From the NCBI GenBank assembly GCA_905178155.1, contig CAJINV010000004.1, forward strand, positions 1,794,341 through 1,846,716: a DNA stretch of 52,376 bases, read 5' to 3'. Shown here in pieces: positions 35,134 to 46,031 of the stretch. This DNA is from Amoebophrya sp. A120. Lineage: Eukaryota > Protista > Dinoflagellata. The position numbers and the translations under genes are program-made. Within the stretch, counting starts at the first letter, position 1, and the number at the start of each line of letters is the position of its first letter. Under the pieces are notes generated by a model that was not told where the DNA came from, ran no database searches, and saw only the letters and a list, made by a program, of their open reading frames with translations.

Positions 35134-38100
35134 ATGCCAAACAGGAACAAAATGCACGAGGGTGTGCGATGTCTTCGAAAACGGAAAATGGCGGCCGCCT
35201 TCGTTCATCGGCTGGCAAAAGGTAAGGCGCGCATCGGTATTCGCGCACCCCCCTCGCACCATCAATGTCACATACTTGAAACATTTTTCGGCTCTGAGTG
35301 GAATGATAGCATACCTGTAAGCACTAGAAAAAGTTCACGCAATTTGCAGCAAGTAGTTCACGTCTTGAATTTTCCTTGCAATGGAGGGGCTACCGTTGCG
35401 GCAATCTCTCGCGGACGACGAGAAGGGCCACCTGATCGGGGCTTTGATGTTCGCCCAGACTTTGGTATGTTGGAAAACGTGCCGGCGATCTTTATCTACA
35501 GCTCAGCAGCATCCATAAAAAGACGGTTTTTGTGGAAGCTGAGTTTGCAGATAGGGGTCGCCGGTTATTTTTGCACTCTATACAAGCCGTACCGAGCCTT
35601 CTGCAAGACCGCCTCCCTTTTGACCGGTATCTCAGTCGTCCCGTCCGTCTTGGTGCGATTACGGCAGCGCGCCGTGGAGTATCTCAAGAAGTACAACAAG
35701 GAGAAGCTGCAACTGGCAGCCAGATCCAGCGCTTCGTCGGCCTGCGTAGTAAGACTCGGGCACGACGGCACACCGCTGGGGGTCACAGTCTCAGCTGCAA
35801 GTGGTGGAGGCATAGCAAAGGGCCAGCACAATCACAGCGGGGAAGTTTTTGTTTGTACATGCAAAACTGCCTATGGGACACAAAATAGGCATCCTCGGCA
35901 TCTGTTTGCAATGCGAAAGTGCATGCAGGATTTCGTCAATATATGAGAAAAAAAGCATTTCAAGCAGACCAGGGCGCCTAATTTGTCTTCCACTATAAGA
36001 AACTGGCCGCTGCAGGACAGCGGCTTGCGACGGTGTTCCGGATCCCGGTTGACCTGGTTCTTCTGCGAAAGAAGTCGACGGGGTATGTTTGGCCACGCTT
36101 GCAATCCGTCGTCGAGGAGGTCGAGAACGCGGTAAGCGGGGGCGCCCCGCTGCGGAATTTCATGTTGTGCAACGTGTCGGACAGTGGTGGCGCGGGAAGG
36201 AAAATTCGCAGGGTCGCAAGGTGTTGGAGCTCAATGGCGGCCCGACTAAGCAAATCGACCTTCGCCGCAACGCAGTGGTGTGGGCATCATTGGATCCAGT
36301 TGGCTGCAGTCGACGAAGTCCGAAACACCATGTTTGCCTCCGCGGAAGAGTTTAAGCGGTGGGGGCACGACCTCTACGTGTTTACGCGTAAACTGGTGTA
36401 TCACAAGTGTGATCTCCTTGAGGACTTGGAGGCGTGGGCCGCGGAATGCTTTTCCACACCTGGAATTTCCTCCAACGCATCAGGCTCCTACACCATGGTG
36501 GGCAACAGCACTCCCGTTGACAGTGGGGACGACGCGCTTTTCCGAATTTTGAGCGAGTGCATCCAGGGCCGCGAAGACAGCAACAGCAGCGGATTCGCCA
36601 CTGACGTACGTTTCAGCAGGGTCGAGAAGAAGACTATTGCCGGAAGCAGGGCGGAGGCGCAGGACGTCCTGTGCCGGATCGTCAAGAAGCTGCAGGTGGG
36701 AACGGAAACGCGATGGCTGTCCCTCGGCCGGAGCTGCGGGCTTCTGCTGCTGTTTGCAGCACTCGGCGGCGAGTCGCTCGTCGCAGTAAAAAAAGACGGC
36801 TTCCGCGATGGCCTCCGCAAAGGCTGGGCCGCGATGTTTAGCAGCAAGCTGCTTCGGGTCGCAATCGTGGTGCGGCCGCTCGAGGTGGTTTTGCGTGAGA
36901 CGTTGCGGCGCGAAACGCTTCTCGCCGGCGAAACTCTGACGGATAGATTTGAAGCATTATGGGCCGTCGCGTGGTATGAATTGCAAAAGCATCGCATTCT
37001 CATAAATTGCATTGCAAATTCTCTCAGCATGAAAGACTGAATCTGTCATGCTGTTTTATCTTGAAAGGCAAGTTTGTAATGCATAACAGCAATCAGTACG
37101 AGTGCGATACTTTTGTACAGGATAAGTTGCTGGAGGTGGCCCACATCCTGCAGAACCTCGGGCCATTGTCCGAGCAGCTCAGCGTATCTGAAGTGGCCGG
37201 TAGTTTGGTGCGGGTCACGATGCGGATGATGAAGCGCATGACGCAGATAGATGTCGACGGTGTTCTGGGGCCTCTTCTCGATATCGCGGTTGAAGACGAA
37301 GGAAGACGCACCGTGGCGCTGGCGCGCTTCCGAGAAAAGCTTGCCGGGCTACAAGACGACTGGAAAAAGATGGCAAACCTATCCGACCGCGAAATTTGTG
37401 ATCTCGCTTCCGCCCTTCGTAGCGTCTTCACCTTCGGCACGAAGGCGGAAGAATCCCAGCATGCCTACTCGTCGCGGAAAGTTGGCCTCAACACACACAG
37501 GCGGACGATAGAAGGCCTCTCCGGTGAGGTCTTGATACCGCAGCTCAGCAACGCTGCGATGGACGATATGCAACACAAACCACGCAGGGGCCCCCTGAAG
37601 TTTGAAATGTGTAGGGCTTTTGCATGTCTGCTCTGAATTTGTACATGGGCGGCACATCTCAAACCACAGGGGCGGCGTGTTTTGGGTTGGGATACGACAG
37701 CATCTGGGTTCAGTACACAAAGACACGAAAAAAAAGAAGGTCCCGCAGCCGCAGAAGGCGTCCGCGTATTCCAAATTTATCGGGCAGGAGGTGCAGGAGG
37801 GGAACTGGGAGAAGCTTTTGCAGAACCCGGAGATGTTCAAGGTGGAAAATTCAAAAGTGATGATCCAGCATTCGCGGGAAACCTTTCACCTCGCGGCGAA
37901 AAAGTGGAAGCGCGGGGAGAGCAACATTGGCGACAGCGACCCCGGGCCTGTGGCAAAGCGGCGCATGCCAGGGGACGAAGCGAAGCTGCGCACGGGTGGT
38001 GCAAAGTCGGGCAGCAGCGCCTGCAACTCCCCACGTCCCCTAGCAGGCTTTACGATGAAACTCGGCCAGGCCGGGGCACTAATAGTCAGTAATAATCGGC

Positions 38101-39942
38101 CCAGTAGCAGTAGCAGTTCTGCCGCCAATCCCCGCGCCCCTGAAAACCAGCCACGGGGGCCACCCAGAACCACGAGCGCAGACGCCGACAACGAAAAGCG
38201 CGGTAGCGCAAAGGGGCGGCTGACGACCCGACCTCCACTGCCAGTGCCACTGCCAGATTTGCGGAGATACTGGTCAGAGACAGAAGACGAGATTTCCCGC
38301 ATGCGCTCCGCGTGTTGCGCAACACCACTACCCTGGACCGGAAGCAGTGTTTATCGGGCCTTCGGTGATTTCCCCTCCCTACCGAAGAACCCCTCGCTGC
38401 GACTAGAAAAAGCAATACTGCATCAGGAGGACGGGCGAGGCGACGGGTTTCTGGGGGCGGTTATCTGCAGCGCGAGCTACCACTCCGAAGACGCGGACCT
38501 GCAGAAGGTGCGAGAGGAACTGATGCCGCCGCCAAGGTTTTTGAAGAGTATGCTTGCCATCGCGCCGGCGGAGGGGCACGGCAGGGGAGTCTCGTTCATG
38601 AAGCTCGTCGTGAAGCCCTCCCTGGATAAGCAGAAGCAGTGGCACGCAGCATTGCCCACCGTGGATCAGTGCCGCCTGGAGGCCAGGCTGATGGACGTTT
38701 TCAGCAATTCCGACAACACGGAGTGCGCGTATTGGTACGCGCAACTTCATACCCTGTGCAAAAGTGTCGCACTAGTAGAAATTGCACTGAGAAACTTAGG
38801 CGAAAAAAGAGGAAGGCTAAATTTGTCATGCAGATTGAGGCACGGGAAGCAAGTATCAGACTGTCACGCATGGCCGCGATTTGTATTTGTGCAACCGCCA
38901 GTGCGATACTTTTGCCAGGATAGTAGACTTCGACCCGCCGTCGCAGACGTTTTACCTCCAGTGGGCGGATGCTAAGCCCTTCGGGGATGTTTTGGCGGAG
39001 TACCAGGCGTGGCTGGAGGGCGAGGGTGGTTCCGATGGTGATGAAGATAGCGGTCTGGACACCTCCGGGAGCGAGGACGAAGACGACGAGGAGGTTCTGG
39101 AGCTCATGTTCGAGCGCGCGCAACGGGAAAAAGACTTGCAGGACTACCTGCAGAACCCGGCCCAGCAGGCTGCCCTTGTTCCTGCGCGTTCCGGTAGTGG
39201 GGGAAGTGCGGCATCCGGCGCAAACTCAGCCGCACAGCAGCGCTTGGCTTCTGCTGCCGGGCGACCCGCCGCTGCCCGTCCAAATCGCGCTGTGGGCGGC
39301 CGGGCCAAACACCGAGGTCAGGAGGGGTACCGCGAAGGTGCCGAGGAGCTGGCAGCGCAGCTTGGAGCAGCCCGCGAACGGCTGGACAACATTTCCGCCC
39401 CGGCCGACGTCGGGCCGCGCGGATACTCGGTACGACTGCAGGGCGGGCTGTGGCTCCGGGCACATACGAGACAGGGGGCAGCTGGCCACCGCGCACACAT
39501 GCCCAAAGAGGGTGTGCTGTTCGACAGGGTGACAGTTTTTGGCCCGGCAGCACGACACCGAGCAGTCGGAATGGCGATGTCGAAAGACTTCAACATCCAC
39601 CGGCTCGGTGGGCAGCGGATTTGCAAGGGATTGGGACTCGTCTGGGCTGAGGCCGCCAATTTCTGCCTCGGTGTGCTGGAAGCAGAGGTTGCGCCGGCGG
39701 AGTTACTCGAGGTCGCTGTGCTTCAGGAAAGAATGGGCGACGCAGTTGAAAGGGCGAGGACTGTGGCAGCTTCTTATGCAGAGGACCCCGACGAAGTGGA
39801 GCGACGGGAGGCTGCCGGCACGGGCAGCGCGTTAACCGGGAAGCAAATACAGGACCGCTTTGCGAGTGCTGTGAAGGATGAGATCATTGGTCAGTTGGTC
39901 ACATTTCTTCACGGAAAGCTGGAGAACAAGATTGTTAACTAA
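35134..39942 (+). CDS. hAT-like DDE transposase with long C-terminal extension (~1,400 aa; start uncertain)
   Basis: Exons 35134-35874, 35997-36974, 37130-37566, 37700-38749, 38928-39942 join in frame. Motifs RLGHDGT (D1), NVSDSGG (D2), WCGHHWIQL (CxxH), ETRWLS and GTKAEESQH (E) occur in hAT order. Confidence 0.75.
35875..35991. mobile_element. introner-like insert with GG...CC ends
   Basis: gggacacaaaataggc / gcctaatttgtcttcc (13/16 inverted match); repeat cctat/actat; rejoins KTAY|KKLA. Confidence 0.72.
36975..37124. mobile_element. introner family A
   Basis: tatgaattgcaaaagcatcgca...gcgatacttttgtacaggata; degenerate repeat cgtgg/agttg; frame restored. Confidence 0.88.
37567..37694. mobile_element. 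introner, degenerate singleton
   Basis: tatgcaacacaaaccacgc / gcgtgttttgggttgggata; repeat decayed, but removal of element+5 nt joins ORFs 37007 and 37602. Confidence 0.68.
38750..38922. mobile_element. introner family A-like
   Basis: taccctgtgcaaaagtgtcgcact...agtgcgatacttttgccaggata; repeat decayed (cttca/gtaga); frame restored. Confidence 0.82.
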
Positions 39943-41043
39943 AGTAACGAGCTGAGCTAGCGTAGAAAAATCTCACTCAGAAACAGCTGCCGCGAATACT
40001 AGCGCAAGGTGATAAATTTTAAAGGTCGCGAGAGAAAAGCAAAAACGTCAAAGAGCATGGCGAGCCCACACGGCATGCGAAGCGCTTTCGCTGTAGGGCT
40101 CAGGGCTGCGCTCGTGTTTCGCTCGTCCTTTCGCAAACAAAATTCGATCGCCCATCGATGTGAGAGAGCGAGCAAAACCGCAGAGGCAGTCGCGCGAACA
40201 AAATTCGGCACCGTAGTTCGCCGCTCAAAAATTCCTGCACGCCGCCCGCCAAAAAATTCGCTTCCCGGGGCCCGCCCAAAATTGACGCTGCCCGCCCCCC
40301 GGGCAAAATTTGGCGCCGGGCGCCGCAAATTTTTCCGCAGTAAGCCTACGGCCCCTGTTCCGCCGCGGAAAATTCAAAATGCAGTTTTGTCAACAAAATC
40401 GCGAAAACTGCCTGACCGACAAAAACCCATTGAAATTGCAAGGGAAATCGGCGCGGAGCATTTTTTTTTTCGCCTGCGCCACCTATTTTTCAGGTTTTCG
40501 CGATTTTGTTGCAGTAGTGTGCATTTTTTTTTGCAGATTTTGTTTTCTAAATTCTAAATTTTAAATTTTGTCTCGGATCTAGTTTTCCGAATTTTTTCGA
40601 AATTCCTGACGGATTTTTTTTTAGGATTTTGATGAGCAAACTTCGGTCGCTGGCTCTCCTGAGAATTTTGGTGCGAGTTTTTCTGGCTATTTTTTTTTCG
40701 GCGCGGCCGCGTCTCCAAAGCCCATTTTTTTACGCTAAAATCCCGAGCGCGCTTTTTTCAGGCCAGCAAATTTCTTGTGCCGCAAAAATTGTCGGGCAGT
40801 TTTTTATGTGTAGGACTTTTCGAGCGGGGGCCCGAGTGGGACCATATCTAGCTGTCGGAAAGCTGTTCTTCTGCATGACCAGGAGCCGCGCTCCCGTATC
40901 ACGTTTATTATCATCTTCGGCGCAAATCCGAAAACTCGCACAGGATTAGGATTCAGCAATCCAGCAAAGCTAGTAGGGTCGAGTCCCCAAAAAAAATTAA
41001 GCCCCCGTAGGTTTTCCGCAAGCAACCGCACACACCATACAAA

Positions 41044-44000
41044 ATGGTTAAGAAATCCATCGAGGCGATGGCGAAGCAGTCCGTCAACCAGAAAAAGGAT
41101 GCCGAGGAGGGTCGCAAGAAGAAGCGCGAACCCCTCGACGACCAAGCTGTGAAGGCGCAGCTGCACAACAAGGGTTACAGTACCTGCGACGGGAATGTCG
41201 TAATCTACAAGCGGCTCCGCAACGGCAACACGTACTGCGATATCAATTGCATCAGCGCCCATCTTCTGTGCAAATTCTTTTATTTTGTAATGCGAAGTAA
41301 CCACGTATCTGGCATTTTTTCGGGATTGGAACTGCGCAGAAGATGGGCTTTTTTGATTTTTCATAATTTGGAAGCACGGGTGGAACATCATGAAGATGTT
41401 GAAAAAGGACAAAGAAGGCGTGCTGGAGTGGGGCGCCAACGTGCAGGAGGAGTATTTCGCGGTGGCGACCAAGCGCCTCCCGCATTTGTCGCGGGAAGGT
41501 TTTCTCACCATGCTGAACACCACGCACGAGGAACTGAACAAAACCCGGAAGCATGGTCTGGCGCGGAAACGCATTGCGGAGCAGCGGCTGGCGCAGCAGA
41601 ACAGCATTGGCGTGCTCGTGGAAGAGGTCCCGCCCACTTCGGTTTCCAGTGCAAACGCCCTCGCGTCGGAAAAGGCTATGAAATACAAAAGCATCGCACT
41701 CGTACTGATAGATTGCAAACATGCATGACAAATTGCCCTACCTAAAACAGAGCCAAAAACTTCATTTGTCATGAACAGTAAATCTGTAATGCAATTTATA
41801 CTAGTGCGATGCATTTGCACTTCATAAAGGCCGACGACCAGCAATCTACCGGAAGTGTGGCGAACGAGGAGCAGCAGGCCGGCATCTTTGGGGGGAAGGA
41901 GGACGCGCGAGCCGACGACGACGACCTTCCGTCCATGTTGAGTAGCAGTCAGGAAGATGAAGAGGTGGATCAGGATAACTACAAACCCGCCGGCAAAACA
42001 GTGGACTTCCTCGCCGCAGAGGATGAGCACCCAGACTTTGAGTTCGGTGGCGACAGTGACACCAACGACAAGCGCACTGCCCTCCTCTCTGAGTTCGACG
42101 TGACGGGCGAAACAATCGGCGGGGCTGCGCAGTCCAGCTCTTCCTCTGCTGGCCCCTCCGGCCCCAGCAGCTCTTCCACCGGCCACAACTTCATCTCCGG
42201 CCAGGCCGCGCGCACCAGGATGTTCGGGGTCTCCGGAGGGATGGAAGATGATGATGATGAGGAATCCGTGTGGATTGTCCCGAAAGATGCTAGCGCGAAA
42301 CTGTGGACGGGAGCGACGAGGCAGCAAATCACCGACGCCTCGCATACAATGATGAAAAACAAGAAGGACTGCGGCATTGAAGATGTAATCCCACTCTTTA
42401 AATATGAAGAGTTGCACGACGTCGGGTGTGCGGTTTTAGAGGCTATCTTCTCGCGCGGTTGGGGAATGGATATGTTTCGGGAAGACGCGGAGGTTTTGCG
42501 CTCTTACCCTTCGCTCCAGTGGTTGCAGTGGGCGGACTGGCAGGAGGACGACTTCGTGCCGTCTGGTCTGCCGGAGCCGCCGGCGTGGTTCATCAAGGGC
42601 CAGCCGGAGGAGCTCCGGGAGATGATCAGGGACTCCTCCGCGAATACGTGGATCGAGATGTTGATCGAGGTGGCGGACGACGGAAAACTGGACCTGGCGA
42701 ACAAGATGCTGCGGAAAATTCAGCTGCAGAAGCCGAACCAGTGGCAGATCGTCCTGTCGGGCTTGGCGAAGACGAAGCACTGGGAGTCCTTTCCTGCCCT
42801 CGCGGTTACCTACAAGGCCTTTGAGGTGTTCCTGGGTGAGGCCGGGTTGCAAATCGAGAACCACAACAAGGGGCCGAAGTACCTGCTGAACGACAGCGTG
42901 AAAATCATGCCGCAGCCCGGTGTGGAAATTGATGCCGCTGCAATGATATGATCTGCAAATGTGTCTTCTTGTAGGAACCGCATGACAAATGAGCTTTTTG
43001 CGACAGATGGCATTTGTCATGTTATGTCTAGCATGGAAGGGGAATTTGTCATGCACAGGTGCGATTTGTATGCTTTGACACATTTGCAGAGAATAAGTGA
43101 TGGACGTCGAAGCTACAGTCACCAAACTTTCCAAAGCGCAGACCCCCTTCGTCAAGCTGCGGCAGCACATCCACAAGGCCGTCGAAAAGGTGGCGAAGAA
43201 GTGCCAGGGGTTGTTGGAAGAAGCGGTGCAGGCTGCGCTGGACATCGATGATTACAACTTCTTCTGCCAGACCCGACTGTATTTATTTTCATTTAGTCAC
43301 ATTAGAGGTTTTTTTGCAAATTAAAGACGGGGCAGCCCGGATGCGCGGCGCTATGCCTCCGCCCTGGTTCCCGGAGATTCAGCGCGGGCTTGATTTGTGC
43401 ACCACGCCACTCGCTGCGCAGGAGGGCCTTTGCGGGCCTCACTTGGAGTGATGTTGATCTGCGCCGCGCCAAACAACTTCCCGCCATTCGCTTTGTGCAG
43501 CCCCGGGAGTCTCATTGCCTGCAGGGCCGGCAGCCGCCCTCAGGTTTCCGCACATTTGCACGCGCCGGTGGCCTGTTTTGTTCGCAGCAAGCTCGGTTCT
43601 TGAGTACATGAATTTACAAACAAATTTATGCGCGTCTACACATGTAAAAAAACTACACACACAGGGACAGCAAAGTGCGGGAGCAACTTGTCGCGGCCTT
43701 GAACGTGGCCGAGAAGGACAGTTTATCGGAGAAGCGGGCGGCAAGGGCTATCTACTACATGAAGTACATGGACATGCACCTCGAGGAGGCGGCCCGCGCC
43801 GCTGCTTCCCAGGCCATGCTGATGCCGTCTGACAAAGTTTTCCGCGTGGCCCTCGCGTACTACTACTACGGAAAGCCGACGCTCGAGGGCGCCACCGAAG
43901 GCGTCCGGCAGTTGAGCAGTCTGTTGGATACGTTGTTGGACATTGATGACGAAGGGGTGAAAATTCTCGATGTCGTATGAAGATGCAAGAAACTCCTCCG

Positions 44001-44439
44001 GCTGGAAGTTGTCATGCGTTTACGCATGACACATTTTGACAAAAGAAACAGAAGCGCATGACAACCTAACGCCGGAAATGTTTTTCGCATCCTATACGCC
44101 GCCGAGCTGCAGGACTCTATCGCCGCCATCAGCCAGTTTCAGGAGAACTGCAAAAAGTTCATTGCCCAGTCCGACATGATTAAGCTGACCGCGATTTCCA
44201 GCAACATGGCCAACATTTTGATCGAGTGGAAGCGGAACAACAAGGTGGAGGCGAAGCGCCAAAACGCTGCCAAGACCAGTAAGGAAAAAGATGCGGACCG
44301 CGCGGAGGGACCGGCGGCGAAGAAACTGAAATCGGAAAAGCAGGCCCAGCTGTACGACGTGAAGCAGGACATTTTGAGGGACGCGACGTCCGGCGCTAGC
44401 AGTTCCTCAACCGCCCTGCCGTCGAACAAATCGGCGTAG
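41044..44439 (+). CDS. 814-aa unknown protein carried inside the hAT-like element
   Basis: Exons 41044-41240, 41371-41676, 41832-42946, 43101-43278, 43665-43975, 44102-44439 (2,445 nt, in frame). Four introners plus a GT-AG intron at 43279-43664; no domain recognised. Confidence 0.75.
41241..41365. mobile_element. introner, degenerate singleton
   Basis: Inverted gcccatcttctgtgca / tgcgcagaagatgggc, TA ends; no surviving direct repeat; frame restored. Confidence 0.65.
41677..41826. mobile_element. introner family A-like
   Basis: tatgaaatacaaaagcatcgcact...agtgcgatgcatttgcacttcata; repeat aaggc/aaggc. Confidence 0.9.
42947..43095. mobile_element. introner with B-like ends
   Basis: tatgatctgcaaatgtgtc / gacacatttgcagagaata; repeat aatga/agtga. 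Confidence 0.87.
43976..44096. mobile_element. introner, singleton
   Basis: tatgaagatgcaagaaac..ccggc / gccgg..gtttttcgcatcctata; repeat tgtcg/cgccg; rejoins LDVAELQD. Confidence 0.82.
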
Positions 44440-46031
44440 GAATTGCAAAACGCCCGGACTTGCTCTGTTTTCTGTTTTCACTTTTGCATAGACGGCGAAA
44501 ATACTCTGCGCCCATACAAAACAGAAAACAGCCAAGGTCCGGGCGTTTTGGAGCTGCATACGAACGCCAGCCGCAACACCGATTTGTTCTTTCAGGAGTT
44601 ACAGAAGATGAAGGACGCGAACTAGCGGAGCCAGGAGCGGGGCCGTGGTTCGACCAGAAATTTTGCAAACCAAGAAAATGCTATGTGTAGTTCTTTTTGA
44701 ATAATTATGATATATAGAAAAGACCCTTGCTTATCTCAGTCGATTTTCAAAAAAATAAGCATCTGCCGCTAGGCAGTTTCAGAATGTACCATTAGGCAGA
44801 ACCCAACGACAGAACTGCGTTTTCTTATCAAAGACCGTCGCTGTTTTTCGCTGTGAAGCCCTTGCGGTTTCAGCAGCTCGAGAACTAACCTTTTACCGTC
44901 GTGCCGGTTTATGTCACGAAGCGAGCGAAGACTCTATCTAAAAGAATCACCAGTGATGTAGTTTCGAAGCCAAGCAGCAGGCAGCGGCGCATTCCGCCAC
45001 TTGTCACGCTTGCAAAAATGAATACCAAGAAACAAACTGAGAAATATCGCACTCCAGTCTATTGCTAGCGGATCCTTCAGCAAATTCGTAATTTTGTAAA
45101 GCCGACCGACAGACCAGCTTCCAGGTCTTCGAGAAATTAGGTCGCGCAGAGAACTAACTTTTACCCTTTTCGCAACTGAGATGCAGAAAAACCCCGATAC
45201 TGGCCGCAGAGTACACTACTTCTGCCTGCAGATTAGAACTTGTATTTTACTCAATGTTACAACTCTAAAAACCTCAGCACCGTCGTAGACTATACCGCAG
45301 CAGGGAGCGATGCCTGGTTCTGCAAGATAGCCTATAAACGCCTCCAGTGCAGTCCTGACACAACGAGATGATCTACAGCAATTTGCAGCCCTCGATCCAC
45401 AGCCGAGCCAAGGCGTGAAGCTCAATCTTGCTAGAAAACCCCCCACAAAAATCAAGACGTGAACGATTGCCGTGAACTTTTTCTGACTCCTTATCTTAGA
45501 AAGACGACTTGCATGGCTTGCCACATCAGAACTCGAAGAAGTGTGGTGTTCGTTGTGTCTTCTAGGTACAGGCGCAGGTGAACTTCGGAGCGGACAGCAG
45601 AACCACGGAGGAGAGGCAGACATGCGGTCGGTTTTTTTTTATGTGGAGCTGGAGGCTTAGCAGTGAGAAAAATGAGAACCCAGTGGTGTCGTGCCCAACC
45701 CTCGACCCGCGCTTGCACCCAGCAGAAACGTCCTCTCCGGGAGGCGTCTGTGGGGCTTCTGTGCATCTTCTGAAACACAGCACGAGAGCAATTAACAGCA
45801 GCAGCGCCACCAGTAACGACGGGGGGCCGAGGCAGTAGTATTGAAATAGTGCTGCGGCTGTTCGATTCGAGGCGATGTTGAACAGGGTGGACCACGACAA
45901 GCCTGTGCCCGACGGGGTCCGATGATCCACAAGGACGAGAATCACAACAGGACGCTTGCGGGATTTCTATTTTCGTTTTTCCCATTTTCCCGATTTTGCT
46001 ATCTTGGTTCTCCGGAACATATGACTCCAGT

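Larger units (their letters stand above)
34871..46023 (+). mobile_element. 11.15-kb TIR DNA transposon, hAT-like
   Basis: Left end catatgttccgagacccaagatagcaaaatc; right end reverse complement catatgttccggagaaccaagatagcaaaatc. Flanks gctccagt (34863-34870) / actccagt (46024-46031). Internal DDE transposase-like gene. Confidence 0.88.

Noticed and set aside
34871-46023. The hAT-like element as the proven autonomous partner of the introners
   Set aside because: Its termini (CATATGTTCC) and 8-bp duplication differ from TA...TA with 5 bp, and no introner TIR matches it. A related 5-bp-TSD transposase elsewhere remains possible.
34864-46030. Polinton/Maverick reading (perfect 6-bp ctccag flanks)
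   Set aside because: No polymerase B, integrase, ATPase or capsid genes were recognised. The motifs are hAT-like and the 8-bp reading fits, although the exact boundary is ambiguous by 1-2 bp.
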